From NCBI GenBank assembly GCA_013239625.1, contig MU053557.1:5095842-5159841 (forward strand): DNA of 64,000 nucleotides, in the 5' to 3' direction. Positions 10,671-24,699 of this stretch are shown piece by piece. Positions within the stretch are counted from its first letter, which is position 1. The number at the start of each line of letters is the position of its first letter. Source of the stretch: Lama guanicoe. Taxonomy: Eukaryota. The notes beneath the pieces were generated by a model. The model did not search any database, had not been told where the DNA came from, and saw only the letters and a program-made list of their open reading frames with translations. The position numbers and the translations under genes are program-made.

Positions 10671-12007
10671 AGATATGTCTCTTCTAACATAGGTCTCATT
10701 AAGTGTTGAGGAAATCGCTCCAGATTAAGCTCCATGAGGGCAAGGATTTTTCTTTGCTTCCTTGACCATTTTTTCTCCACGATGAATAGACAAGTGCCTG
10801 GGACACAGTAGCCATTCAAAATCCTCACTGAGTGCACAAACATACTAGACTGTGAGCCTCTTCAGAGCAGACACAGCCTCTCGGTTTGTATCTTCAGTCC
10901 ATGTCTCCCTAAGAAGGGCCAAACTGACAAATCCTTGTGGAATGACCTGGAATATCCTTCCCACACCTCCACCTTCAGCATTTTAATACACCCATAGCTT
11001 ACCTGCATTTCAAGCCCCTTTCCACACCTGACCGCTCTGGAAAGCCTTTTAAGTGCACTGTTGTGCCTCTGCCCCTGACGTGGAGGGTGCCATAGCTATC
11101 CGCTGGTGCCTGCGTGCTTTTATCCCTACAACTAGGTTGACGGCTCAGAGAGGGCAAGAAAAAATATTTTTATCCTGGCCTAGCATTGTGGTTACCCATT
11201 AAATAGATGAGTTTTTGAGCAGAAGAATGTTTTATATGATTAGGTGTCAGGCTCTCTGCAAGGAACTTTGTATGTAGTTTAAACATTTCACCATGGAAAA
11301 TGTCAAATACATACAGAAGGAGCCAGCGGCAGGATGGGTATAGGGGATCTCCATGCCCCCGTCACCTAGCTTCAGTCGTTTTGGACCAATGGCCACGCTT
11401 GTTCATCCACCCACATTCCCCATCATGTCATCTGTGACTGTTTCATTGTGTACCTGTGAAGAGACTTGTGAGTACTGTTGCATGGGTTTCTAACAGTAAT
11501 TGTGAAGTTGGTTCTGTTTTTCCTATTTTGTAAGTGACGAAATTGAGGCACAGAGGGGTTAGGTAAGTCATTCAGGGTCTTGGAGCTAGCAAGTGTCTAA
11601 CCTGGGATTTGAACCTTGGCCGCTGAACAGCTCCCTGTCCTAAGCTTGGGAGGGCCCTTGGAGCACATCAGGTCTACTAGAAGACAGGACACTGAGGCAC
11701 AGAAGGAGAAGCCACATAGCTGGAGGAGACCCAGGTCCCTGACTCCTCGACTAGTTATTTTCCAGTATCAGGACTTGGGGGGAGGATGGGTCTTGGCTCT
11801 GGGGGAGGGACAAGATGGATACACCTTGGAGAGACATTGTTGCTCAGGGTGGCTGGGCTTTGTAGTGGCTGTGAGACCCTGGAGGGCAGCCCACCACCAC
11901 CCAGCACAGGCAGTACTTTTCCTGCTCTCACTGATCCATAGGACTCCAACCACTACCCTTGCAACTGACCTTGCGTTTTCTCATTTGGCGCTCAGGACCA
12001 CCCCTTA

Positions 12008-12034
12008 AGGGCGACAGGGCGACAGGGCGACAGG
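12008..12034 (+). repeat. (AGGGCGAC)3 short tandem repeat
   Basis: agggcgac agggcgac agggcgac agg. Confidence 0.85.
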
Positions 12035-12807
12035 TTCAGCAGCAGGTGTTGACAGAGCTGAGAGGAGAGGCCTAGCCTGAGGTCACATAGCTGGGCTGGG
12101 CACTGGTTCCTGGTGGCAAGACTCCAGGGCTCCCTGCCCTGCTCTTTCCTTAGGGCAGAGTTGAGTTGCAGGCACCCCCCCACCCCAGTATCCTGGGTAC
12201 CACGCTTATCTGAGAGGAGCCTGAGACCAGAATAGAGGTCTAGAGTGGGAGACCAGAGAGATTTTTACAAGTCATTGGCAAAGTCATTGATTAATTATCC
12301 CCAAAGGCCTGTAATTATTGCTTAGTCTTTTAGGGAAGAAAAAAACATTTGTTCTCATTATTTGTTTTGGTGCTTGAGAGGCCTTTGATTCCTAGGATTG
12401 GATTCTGCTTGGCACAGGCCTTATAGCCTTGACACAAAATTTCTTTGTACCTCAGCATTTTTATCTAGGAAATGGGACTGATAGTAGCACATACCTTAAG
12501 GGGTTTTAGTAAAGGCAACTTGAGATGTTGCCTGTGAAGGTGGAGAAATGTTCAATCAGTAGGAGCCAAGGTTAATATTAAAAACAGACAAATATAATGC
12601 AGACCTTGCTACTTATCTTCCCACTGAATTCTAGGTCCTTGATCCTGTCTAGGCCTTGAAGTTTCTAGTATTATGATCTCCTTTCCCTTATACTTCTGGG
12701 GAAACTGGAAAGGAAGCCCGTCCAGGTTTAGCCAAATGCTGCAGCAGTGACTTTTAGGAAAGCAAATTCAATTAGATGCCGCTCGAAGAGAGGAGAAGAA
12801 ACATCAG

Positions 12808-13040
12808 ATAGTGATTAAGATCTCTGGGCTTTTGAGTTTAACTGCCAAGGGTTTAAATCAGCATTCTACACTTTACTAGCTGTGTGACCTTGAGCACGTG
12901 TCTTAACCTCTCTGACTCCAGTTGCCTCATGTAAAATTTGGGATAATTGTAGACTATTCTTAGAATAAATGCAGAAGATAAATATGCCTGCAATATTGTC
13001 TAACACATAGTAAGTGCTCAATAAATGGTAGCCACTATGG
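12808..13040 (+). mobile_element. Near full-length MIR SINE
   Basis: atagtgattaaga...tactagctgtgtgaccttgagc...aacctctctgactccagttgcctcatgtaaaat...acatagtaagtgctcaataaatggtagc. Confidence 0.85.
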
Positions 13041-14351
13041 AGATGACAGTGGTAATGTAAATCCTCCTAGGGAAACTTGAGCTTTCATGGAGTTGGGCAT
13101 ACCTTAGAGACCATCTTGCTCAATGCCCTTACCTTGAAGTGAAGAAACAGACAGGGAGCAGACAGAGAGTGTCTTCAGATCACCCAACAGAGACAGGACA
13201 GGACCCTGGCTCTGCGTAGTAGGAACTCAACTGACTGGGACCCACTGTCTGGGAACTCAGCAGGGCGAGCCTTGCTTGGCTGAGATGGATGCTCTCCGGC
13301 AGCTCTGCAGCCGTGTTTTTGCCTTGTGCTTGCCTGGCAGAACGGAGTCATTTAGCAGAGGGAGAGTGAGGAGACGTTAGAAACCAGGCCCTGAGCAGTT
13401 GCAGCAGCCGGCCCACGAGTGGCTCCCTGATGTTGCTATGGCAAACAGCCTTGGCAACGTGGCTGCTTCAGCCTCTATTTCTGGTCTCAGGCTCCTCTCA
13501 GAGAAGTGTGATACCCAGGACACTGGGGAGGGCCCTGCCCTGGCTCCTCAGCACCGAGGACGGCGCAGTCTCCATCCTGCTAGTGATCCCAGGCCACAGC
13601 AGCCCCTGCCCAAAACATCTGCAGGCCCACCGTCATGACCTGCCAGAAGCAAGCTCCTGGGTATGACATTCAAGGTCTCAAATGCCTCTCTATCCATCTG
13701 TCCATCAACTCATCCAGTACTGTTGACCATGCTACCCATTGCTGCAAGAGCAGAACAACATAATATTCTTCACATGGACTCTGGTGTTAGGTATTCCTAG
13801 GCTGCCCTCATTTTCAACCACATCCTTCAACAATAATGGTGATGAGAAAACCTTTTCAAGCAATTACTCTGACAGGTCCTGTGCTAAATTATTCACATGA
13901 ACAGTCATATTTAATCTCAGGAGAATGCCGTGAAGTATTCCCCACTGCTATCCCCATGTTACAGTCGGGTACACTGAGGCCGGCTGCCCAGTTTGTAGTG
14001 CTGGTACTGTTCTGCAGTTCCTTCTCTGTACCACGCACCCTGGCCCTGCCATGAGGTGTCTGTGCCCCCTCCCCATCTCTAAATGGATCCTTCAAGTTCA
14101 GCCCAAGTGCTGCCTCTCCTAAATCCCCCTCTCAGAAGCGGCCCCATTTTGCTCTGTGATCCCATAGTCAGTTACAGACACTCGCGTGCTCTGCCTTCAC
14201 TCTGTATCCTATCACCCTGATTAGATTCTGCCTGCCCTTCAGCCACCCAAAAGAAAACACACAGAGAAACTGCTAAAAGGAAGAGCTCTGAATGTCCAGA
14301 TGAGGAGTCAGCAAAGGTTTTCATTAGTATTGTTACTAATCATAGTATAGA

Positions 14352-14600
14352 AAATAGCTAACATTTAATAACCACTTAATATGTGCCAGGCAGGTAGTAA
14401 GCTAAGACCTTCAGGTACATTATCTTGTTTAAACCTCAGTGACCTGGTGAGATAAGCCAGACAACTAAGAAACCATGACAAACCAGAAAACTAAGGCTGC
14501 AAGAAGTTCAGTGACTTGCCCAAATCATCCAGACAGATAGTGGGAAGTCTGGGATTTGAACCTAGGTCTGCTTGGCTTCAGGGCACATGGTCTTTACCGC
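14352..14600 (-). mobile_element. Near full-length MIR SINE
   Basis: aatagctaacattta...tatgtgccaggca...aaactaaggctgc...tgacttgcccaaatca...gggatttgaacctaggtctg. Confidence 0.8.
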
Positions 14601-16448
14601 TGCAATGTGACTCATCTGGCTGAGCATGTAGAAAGAACTGGAATGTGGGTGATGGACAGCAGGAAGGAGGCATCGAAACTTGGCCTTAGCCGGGGGGCTC
14701 TGTGGAAGTGAGTGGGCCGTGGGAGAGAAGGCACAGAGAGCAAGGGGCTCAGCGTGGCGTCCCTGTAGCTGAGATGGGGTCGCAGAAGAGGATTTGCTTT
14801 AGGGGAAGATTTGCTTGAGGAACATACATCTATTCATCCTGGGCCCACTGTGTGCCAGGTTCATCTCCATCCTTGGCCTTCCCTGGAGCCTTGTTAAATG
14901 CAAAACTCTGGTCCCAGCCTGTGCTAACCTTTGTTTATGTGTTTATTCTTTACTGTTCCCTCTTCTCTGCCCAGTCAGGACCCAGCTCCCTAAGGAAACG
15001 GATCTCATCAAGCTGGTTCACCAGCAGATCTCCTAGTGCCTTGACAGTGGCTGGTACACTGTAGGCTTCCAATAAATACCTGTTGAATGACTGAATGAAC
15101 AAATGCTGTTTGATCTTTCATAAAAGTCACCAACCATTTGCCTGGCCCCAGAAGTCCCTTCTTTGTGCTTGGCACTGGCTAGGAGGTCTGGGTGAGGGAA
15201 ATATGGGGGGATTGTACTAGTCCCCACAAGGAGCCCACTGTGCTTGTCTCCGAGATAAGCCTGCACACAAACGAATCAAAGCCATTTTTTGGAGCCTCTA
15301 GAACCTCTATCAGAACACGCCTCCAGTGGGCAGGCAGGTCTTTATGGAATGTTAAACCCGCTGTCAGGAATCTAGTCTGTTTCAAGGCATTGCTCTAGCC
15401 CAACTGGGGAGTGGCTCAGAGCTCCAGGAGTCTTAGTATCTACAGGGAGGTATTTGGTCAAACATCCCTCCACCTTCCAGGGAGATTAAAACCAACACTT
15501 TAACACTTGGCCTCATGTCCATAGCCCAGCCGCTTATTCTAGAGGGACTGGGCAGGCCGACCTCCGCTCCAGGGGAAGAAGGAGGGAAGGGATCATTCAG
15601 GGACCAGTGACTGCCCTGTCCAGCCCAAGAGGATTCACTGCAAGCCATATCCATCCTTTGTTTGGAATCCCCTCAAGACAGTCTGTTCCACATAAGATCA
15701 CCCCTCACCCTTCCTACCTAGGGCCAATTCACTCAGTTTATACACAGTTCTTACAAGCTTGGCAGTCCTGTCCAAGCCTCATGACACTGGAAGCAGCAAG
15801 CCAGTTTTATTAGTGTGTGTCTGTGCAAGCATGGGGAAGGGGTGCATTTCCACCAGCACTGAAAGCAGCCTGGGACCTTTTAGTGAAGGGGTGAGGAGTC
15901 CCCTTGTCGTGAATACATTACTGTACAAAAGTATGAAGTTAATCTGTCATAGAGACAGTGTGTCATCCCTGAAGAAAGGTATATTCTGATCAGTGTTCTC
16001 TGTTCGAGGAAGCAGGAAGGAGTGAAATGTATTTTGAGGTATGTATTTTATTGTCTAAAATAGGAAATCTGTCAAAAACAGGAAAAGTTATAAAGTTATC
16101 TATAAACTTGCTCACTGTGAGCACACAGTATTCCTCAACCATGCCAGATGAAGGAGTTAGTGTAGCCATAAAACTTTCTTTGAAAGTTAACGTGGTCTCC
16201 TAAAGTGAGATGTTGTCCTTTGTATTTCCAAGGCTGCACGAAGTCGTGGAAAGAGCATGTAGCACATGCTGATTGGCCTCAAGAAACCATGTGGCCTCGT
16301 GATTAATGAGAGCAGACTGTCTGGTTTAAATCTTAGCTTTATGAATGTTAGCTGTGTGACCCGAGGAGTTCACTGCTCTGTGCTCTAGTCAGCCGGCCCC
16401 AAATGGGAATAAGAATAGCTCCTCCTGTCCCAAGTTTGTAGAACTAAT

Positions 16449-16600
16449 CAGTAGTTCTCAGCCATGAGTGCATATCAGAGTGTACAACTGTGTGGTTAAA
16501 AAAAAAATAATAATTATGCGTCTGGGGCCATCCCAGCCTTAGTGAATGAAGATCTTTGAGAGCAGGCCCTTAAGCTTCTATGTTTTTCAAAAGCTCTCTC
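16449..16600. mobile_element. MER5-type hAT-Charlie remnant
   Basis: cagtagttctca terminal repeat, tgcatatcaga, and tgtttttcaaaagctc. Confidence 0.55.
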
Positions 16601-17239
16601 TCAAGACACCCCTGCTTTGGTCCTAAACAATCAGGTACTATTTGTGGAGTGTCTGGCATTATCTCTGTCGTCCCCTCCCTTCTCTGTCCTTTCTGCCTGA
16701 GTCCAGAGCACAGGTTCCAAATGACTGAGAAGCAGATAGAAGGACCCTTTATGATGCCTGTGTAAAGCAGGACGGTTGGCTTCCTTATCTGTCATTTCTA
16801 GTTGATCTTCACATCTTGTCCTAAGCCAGAGAGGAGTATTCCCATTTTCCCGATGGGAAGTGGAGCCCCAGAGAGTGATCTGATAGGATTCTGCAGCAAA
16901 TCAGTTTTCACACGTTTATCTCTATCCTGATACCTGTCTTCCTTGATCCGCAGCCACACACCCACTTCTGGGCCAACTCCAGAGGTGGGGACCATGATTA
17001 CTTCAAGAGGTGGGTGGGTTAGAAGAGGAAGAAAAGCAGGGAGCCTGAGGGAATGCAAACCATCTCTAGACCCCTAAAGGTCAGCGGGTGCTAGGCATGG
17101 TCCCAGGCCACGTGGTGGTTGAGGACTAGAACTCACTTCTCCTAATGCCCAGGCAGCTGTTCTCCCAGCTATACGTGCTGCTTCTATGCAGAGGACAGGG
17201 TGTGGTTCCAGTGATAACAGAAGTAATCTTCCAGCTAGT

Positions 17240-17595
17240 GTAGTGAGGCCTTTGCACATGCTGCTCTGAATGCTCTTCCCAGGCATCACCATGGCTTGCT
17301 GCCCCCTCACCTCCAGATCTGCTGAGACCATCTCCTTGGAGACGCCTTCCCTGATGCTCCTGCTCTGGCCACCTCCTATGGCGGTACCATGTTCTCTTTT
17401 CTTTAAGGCACCTAAGTATGCCAGATACTTTCTTGTTTATTAATTTGTACCTCATTGATTGCCTGTTGCCCCTATGGGAAAGGAAGCGCTTACCAGGACT
17501 GGACATTGCCTATCTGGTTCTCACTGTATGCCCAGAACATAGCCTAGGGCCTGACATATGGTTGGCATTCAGTGAATATGCCTTGAGTGAATCGA
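17240..17595 (+). mobile_element. L2 LINE 3' end
   Basis: ggcctttgcacatgctgctctgaatgctcttccc...gttctcactgtatgcccagaacatagc...catatgttggcattcagtgaatatg. Confidence 0.75.
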
Positions 17596-18374
17596 TTCAG
17601 TTTTTGTTGAGCCCTTAATCTGTACAGGTACTGTGCTGACTTCACTTAACTCTCCCAGTTACCCCAGGAGATAAAGCCCCAGTCTTCAGATGCGGACCTG
17701 AGGCTCAGAGGGTGAGTGGTGGGGCTGGGGGTATAGCTTCTCTACTGACCAAGCTACACGCAAGCCCCCAGGAGTCCAGCAGTGTCCTGCCCCCAAGGAG
17801 TCATGCCCCAGTTACCTGGTGACCTCACACTACTTTCTCCTTGGGGTTGGGCAACAGCTCCTCCCTGTCCCGTGGGTGTAGCCACAGGTACCTGCTCAGC
17901 AGCACCCAGGGCCTCCAGCACTTGCTCTTTGTCCTGGTGGCCGAGGGAGTGGCTGCCTGGCTTGCACTTTGTGGACCAGCCCCCAGCAGAAATGTGGCAA
18001 TCTCCCACCTCGGGGGGTGGAGGTGGGGTGGTCCCAGGCCAGGACAGCCTTAGAGGTGAGCCTAGAGGACAATGATTGTATCTTGCCGGAAGCTTCTCTC
18101 CCTGGAGCCAAAGTGGGCCCAGATTAGTGGATCAAGTCGGTGGGGAGAGCAGAGTGGGCGTGGGCGTGACGGTGAGGACAAAAGCATGAGAGGAAGGAGG
18201 GGAATTTAGAACCTACCCCAGAATGAGAAAAGAGACCTCCGTTGCCCAGATTACCTCACAGTAAAATTTCCAGGATCCAGCTGTGGGACAACCAGAGAAG
18301 TGTTATCGGCTGGTTTCAGTGATGGACTCAGCCTGGGGTCTGAATTCTGAGGGTCAGCAGAACTAGAACAGCAA

Positions 18375-18575
18375 TTAAGACTAGAGCTCTGAATCTGGAT
18401 CTGAGTCCAGGGTTTGTCATTTAGCAGCTGAGTGGCTCAGGGCATGTTACTTAATCTGCCCAGGCCTCAGTCTCCTCACCTGTGAAATGGGATAATAGTA
18501 AGTATCTCAATGGGTGGTTGAAACGATATCATGTCTGAAGGACTAGGTGCAGTGCCCGGGGTGGTTATTCTCAGT
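18375..18575 (+). mobile_element. MIR SINE
   Basis: agctgagtggctcagggcatgttacttaatctgcccaggcctcagtctcctcacctgtgaaatgggataatagta. Confidence 0.75.
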
Positions 18576-21500
18576 AACAGTGACAATTGGTGACTGGTTG
18601 GTTTGATGACATTTTGGTGGAGAAAACTGGTAGATCCCAGGAGTTAGAGAACCATGGATTATCATTTGCTGCCTCTTCCTTTTCCTGTCCCTGCAGTGTT
18701 CAACTCCCTCTGTGCAGGAAGCTAGGATTGCAGATTTGAACAAGCCCTGCTCCTGTCCTGGGAAAAACAGATGGCCAGGGAGGATGGCCGGTGCAGAGGG
18801 AGTGTCTAGACAGCTCATGCAGCAGAAAGAGTCTGGAGGGATGGGCTGGCCGACTCAGTGAGGAAGGGCATCCTAGGAAGACGCCAGCCTGTCATAAGGA
18901 TCATCATATCCTGTGGCTGGTGAATGAGCAGTGAGTGACTTGGGGGTGGGGTAGGGGGAACATGAGCTCCTTCCCCATCAGTGGAGGATTTGAGCTGGCT
19001 GGAGGACTCCTGGGATGGGGAAGAACATACAGGATGAACTAAGTGTCTGGAAGAATCACAAGTAGAGCACTAAGATTTGCAGCCCTAGAAACTAGCAGGA
19101 GGCTGCTGACGGAGTGGGGAGGTCTTGGGGAGGGTGACTAGGTTTTCCCCCAAGCCTCATAGGCAGGATGGAATGAGTGGTACCACACTGTGGTTTGAGA
19201 ACCTCTTGCCCAAGCCCTAGGCGCGGAGTAGAGGCACAAGCCTGGGGCACAGCTTCTCACCTGCAGCCCTGACTGAGGTCCTTTGCCCAGGGAAACAGCA
19301 GTCCCCATAATAGTGGGGCCAGGCCCCACACAACCACCGGTACTTGATGGACAGGGAGAAGGCCAGTAGCTTTACAGAGGAAGCTTTCAATACATTTAAT
19401 GATGAGAATAAATATTACTGCCATAATAATAATTATTATTACCCCTCTTACCACCACTATTATCCCTTTTAGCATATTACTGTGAAATTCTCATAGCATT
19501 TTGCATCCGTATTTCACCACCTCATTACGATTTTCATTTCCATTTTACAGATGAAGAACCCAAGGCTCAGAGATATTGAAGTGTCTTTCCCAATAAGATC
19601 ACTATTGCACACAGGAACTTGATAGAAATGTGGGATTTGTCCCCCCACTCCACCCCCACATCTACCTGGTCAAGACGGGATGGTTTTGGAAAGGGCCCCT
19701 CAAGTATTCATGTCTGTGCCTTGTCTAGACTGAGTTCCCAGGATTATCTTGAATTCTCCTTGGAGCAGTGATCCCCAGTCTTCCTGGAGTTGCAACAGCC
19801 TTCCATTGTGTGATTTTGCAATAGTTGCAACTCCCCCAGAAAAGTGTAATTTCTATTGATTCCTAGAATTAGGAAAGAGAAAGTCTTGTTTAGAGAATTG
19901 TGTAGCTGCCCTGGAGATTAGAACGCCAGGGTGAAAGCATTGTGCCTGGTGGTCTGGAAGAAGGCCTAGGTTCAGGTCCTGCCAGCCCCTTTTTGCTGTG
20001 TATCCCTGAACAAGTCTGGCCCGTCTCTGGGCTTGAGTTTCCCTGTCTCTGCCATTCTGTGACGCATTGTTTTTCTATCATGGCTGTTTGTCTTGCTTTT
20101 GTAAATTCTCTTTGTGGCGGAACTGCCAGGTACTGGACTGAGAGGGAGAAGGTTGGTTACTGGAGACAGATGGAGCTAGGGAGCCATCACATCTCAGAAG
20201 GGCAACATGACTTCTTTCCATCCACATCTCCCCACGTTGTGTCCCCTTTCCTGGTGACAGGTGCTAACTTCTCTTTGAACTGCAAATTGGAAGCAATTTG
20301 TCATGAGATCATGTGCCTTAAACGTGTGGGTTTGGAAGGAGGAGAAGGCGGAGGAGGAACTCCAGCAAGAGAATCCCCGATTTCCAACCTCCCAAGTGAA
20401 TCATGGAACATTTGGATAAGTCACTCATGGAGATGGAAAGACTGGGTGAAAATCAGGAACTTCAGGCCAGATTTTTTTTAAAGGAGCAAATTATTCAAAA
20501 TCCTCTACTGATAGATTATATCTAAAATTGTTTTCTTTCTTTTTCCCGCAGTTCTGTTTTATCCATCTTGAATCATTTTTTTTCTCTGTAAAACTGCTTT
20601 TTAGCCTTACTCTCTATTTCAGGTAAAAAACATTTTAAGAGGGGAGGGAAGGTGTCAGGGAATTCTGAGATGCCAGGCTGCAGACTTGGCTGCGGGTGCT
20701 CTTTGAGGCTCAGAATGGCCATTCCTGGGCTCTGGTCCCTGGTGCCTCTCACGCGCAGCTCCTGCTGGCTCAACCACGAAGTCTGCAGTATTTTAAAGAA
20801 AGCTCACAGCAAGTGAAAAAAGAGCGACCACACTTAGGGTACCATGTGACTAATAGGCAATTTAACATCAAAGCTACCCAATTCCCTGCGGCCCTCACCA
20901 GCTGCCGGATTTTGCAGCGGGATGGATTAGGTGACGGTAGGATTGACGGGCAGGTCCATGTGCGTGTGGTGGGCGCGCGGTGGGTGCGCGCGCAGGCAGC
21001 CTGGCCCCCGCTTCGGCCTGGAAGCTGGGATCTGCCTGCATCCAGGGGAAGCTCTGCTCTGAGCCTTACGGAATAAGTTAATTTAAAAGCCATTTTGTCG
21101 GGTAATAAAGGAAGCTAAAAATGATGGAATTTAAAACAAAAAATTTTTATCTCAATAACTCAGGCGTTTGCTTAATTGCTTCATAATTCACCGTTAACCC
21201 CAAAGTGTTTTGCAGAAATAACTTGTGCCTTAAACTTTTTTCATTTTATATTTTTGTTGTTTTTTTAACAAACGTAATATCTGTTTTTAAATTAATATTT
21301 AAAAGATTTTTAATACAATTTAATATTAAAACATTTGCAGTGTTAGGAGCTAACTTGTTGGAGGAAGTGAGGTCACCCCCATCCTGTAATCTCTTACCCT
21401 CAAAAAACAACCACTCTTAGCAATTTTGTGTATTTAAATGCCTTTCAACTGAATATGTCATTCTCTGTTTTCTTTTATTTTTATATACATTGTGTTTTCT

Positions 21501-22399
21501 TGTTATAAAAGTAACAAGTGTTAATTTATTGAAATTTGAGAGAATATTGATAGATAAAAGGGGGAAAAAAAAGGATCCCACACCCTGAAGTAACCAGTCA
21601 AAGGCAGTGCTTGCTGCTTCTCTCTCTTTTTTTTTTTTAATTTAATTTTTTAAAGTGGTGTTACCACTGCCACCTCCAGCCAAGCTTCCCTCCTTGGGCA
21701 CACTTCTGCCTCCCAGCGTCCTTTATGGACTGATTTCTGCCCGTTACCTTGAGAAAGAGAACTTACACTGTAGTCTTGGTTTAACTGTTGCCCAGCACGT
21801 GACCTCTTTCAGCCTCTCTCCCCCTTCATAAAACGGGATCTGTCCTTGCATTGCTGTGAGACTGCATGTATCATGGATTCCAAAGCTAATTGCAAGTTTT
21901 AGAGACATAAACAGTTGTGAGGTGTTGTAATTACTTTACCAGCCTGCGCCACCACAGTGAATGCTATTGTTTTAACTCAGACAGTATCAAGTTTGGGCAT
22001 TATCTGATCATCTCCAAGTATTTCACATGACTGATCACCATTATACCACAGAGTTTAATCACCCCAGAGGTTTGGTTTGGCTTTTATTCCACACATTGTG
22101 TATCTCATCTTTCTATATATACATTCGTTAATATGTACAGATCAAGATTAACACCTTTGCTGGTAGAGAAGGTACTCCAACCCAGACTTCCTGATTTACA
22201 ATCTTTAACTCAGTCAGGCCATTTAAAGTGTTAACTGATTCACCTTGTGATGGAGGCTGCAACTGGAGCTGACCCATGGGGAAGAGATTTGGTGGGGGTC
22301 GCGTGGAACAGGCCCCAGGAAGATCCAGCTACCTAGCAAGTTTATTTTCATACTGGTTTCAACATACGGCATTACTTAATGGGAAAAAAGACAAGAGAC

Positions 22400-23065
22400 T
22401 TGCTTTTGTGTTTATTTTGAAAATGTAATATGCTATCCTCCTTGGAAAAATTGTAAGTTATAAATGGAAGTGTTCTCCCATTCTTATGCTTCTGTCCCCA
22501 GAGCCACCTTGCTACCGATCTCTGACATGTTCTTCCAGAGATAAACTGTGCAGCTACCAGCATATATATGGTCTAACTTCTGCCTCCGTTTTTTGCACAA
22601 ATGGTAACAAGCTAAGAACATTGCTCTGCAACTTTCTTTTTTCCACTTAATATTATACCTTAGAGATCATTTCATGTCAGCTTGTAAAGAAAGATCAACT
22701 TCATTTGTGGGCTTGACCGTAGTTGGCTTAACCAGCTTTCTACTGGGTATTTAGGTTATTCCTAATTTAGTGCTGCTGCTAGTCTGTGGTGAATATTTTT
22801 ATATGAGAGTCATTTTGCACGTGTGTGAGTGGATATGTAGGATAAATATGGCTGAGTGGAATTGCTCAGTTAAAGGGTATCTGCATTTAAAGTTTTTATG
22901 AATATTGCCACATTCCCCTTCGTGAAACCGTATCAGTTTTACATTCCCACAGAAATGAATAAGAAATGCCTGTTCACCAGCACAGCATGGCATTCAACTT
23001 TTTTGATCTGTGGTAAGCTGGTGTCTCTTTGAAGTTTTAATTTGCAGTCTTTCTCTCATGGTTAA
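22400..23065 (-). mobile_element. Old L1 (L1ME-like) 3' fragment
   Basis: ttttccacttaatattataccttagagatcatttcatgtcag; gagtggaattgctcagttaaagggtat; tatcagttttacattcccaca. Confidence 0.75.
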
Positions 23066-24699
23066 GAGTCGCTTGTGTTTCCTCGCCAATCAACTGCCTA
23101 TTGTGTTGTTGATGATGTTCCTATCAGTTTGTGTGGGTGTGCTTGCTTTCCCTCCACTTTCCCTCACAATACCCCGGGACCTTCTTGGGCTCCACCCTCC
23201 TCTCGGGCACCCCAGTTGAAGGAGAAGGGCCACTGGGCTAGGGCTGGGATCCAGATCCTGGTTCTGCCACTTCCTGCTACCTTTGTCTTGACTGAGTTGC
23301 TTAGGGTTTCTGAGTCCGTGGTTCCCACTCTAAGGTGAGGATGTTAGTTCAACAGCAGGGTTGTTGGACAGTGGAGATAATCATGGTAAAAAGTGTAAAA
23401 AGGGTTTTATAAACTATAGAAAGCTGTAAAAACAGAATATGGCGTTCATATTTACTTAGTTTCAAATGAGTGAAAAGATTTGAGATTCTTAAAACTTCAG
23501 AGCCGTGCCATCTGGCTGAATAGGTGGGGAAGTGAGGCCCAGAGAGAGTGGACCTGCCAGAGTCCTGAGTGAGAGGCTGGTCAGCCCAAGAATGGGGTCC
23601 TGAGGTGTCTTGCTGTAGAAGGAGCTGTGGATTCTGTGCACTTTCTTCGAGAGCATTCTGACTTTTATAGTAAATGATTCAACTTCCACGACAGCCTTTC
23701 CCTTTCAGGGGAATGTTGTGTGGCTGAATCTCCAAGAGCCTGTATGTAGTTCAGAGCTGAGAAGTATCCAGGTTGGAATCCCAGTTCTGCCAGATGGCAG
23801 CTGCAGACCCCACGCTAGGTGACTTCACCCTCTGGGGCCGTGATTGCCTTCTCAGTGGAGCGCAGAGGGCTGTTGAAAGGATTACTGAGACCACAGTGGG
23901 AGAGCCCTGCCTGTCTGGCTTGGTAGATGGTGTCATTATTTCTGTTTGGCTTTGCGGGAGGCGTGGCGGCCCGGTGGTCAGGGAGCTGGGCTCTGGCGGC
24001 TGACACCCTGGGCTCAAGGCCTTGCTCTGCCCTCCTGGGCTGCCTGAGCATCTGACTTCACCTCTCTGAGGTGATAACAGGACTCCTGGCTATTCAGGGT
24101 GGATTTGAAGAATCAGTAGACTTTGTATATAAACTGCTTACCACATAGGAGGCACCCAATTAAAAAAAAGTTATTTAAAAAATATTTGCTAAAGTGCTTG
24201 TTATGTGCTGGCACTAGTCCAGACGATGGGGATTTAGCAGAAAAGAAGCAGAGCCCCTGGCCTTGGGAAGCTCACATCCTAGTTTATTGTTGTTCTCCAT
24301 CAGTGAGGGCAGCATGGCCTCGCCCTGTCAGGTCCTGATGGAGATTCTGCTTGGCGGCTGCCTGGCACCTCCAGGACACACACTCTGAGGGGAGTCTGGG
24401 ACTTTTTCCTGCTCCTTTAGACTCTGCAGATCACTTCCTGTGAGATGTTCTTTTTTTAATACCTTAGGGAATTTCACTCAGCCTGCCTCCCTCCTCCCTG
24501 CCGCCACTCCCCTGCCCCCCCAGTGAGAGATAGGGGCCCCACCTGGTGACCTGTGAGCAGGGGAGATCAGAGCTTCCTTGACTGGGGGCTGCCGCCCTCA
24601 GTTCCAGTGCCTTGTCTGATGCCCACTGACACCGAATCTGGGAGCCTGGGTCTCCCTGGCACATTCATTGTTCTGCTGACTTCGGGGAGTGTCTCTCTC

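Noticed and set aside
19942..20481. 179-aa ORF, and similar 100-170 aa intronic ORFs
   Set aside because: No recognisable homology or exon structure; many overlap repeats or use non-ATG starts.
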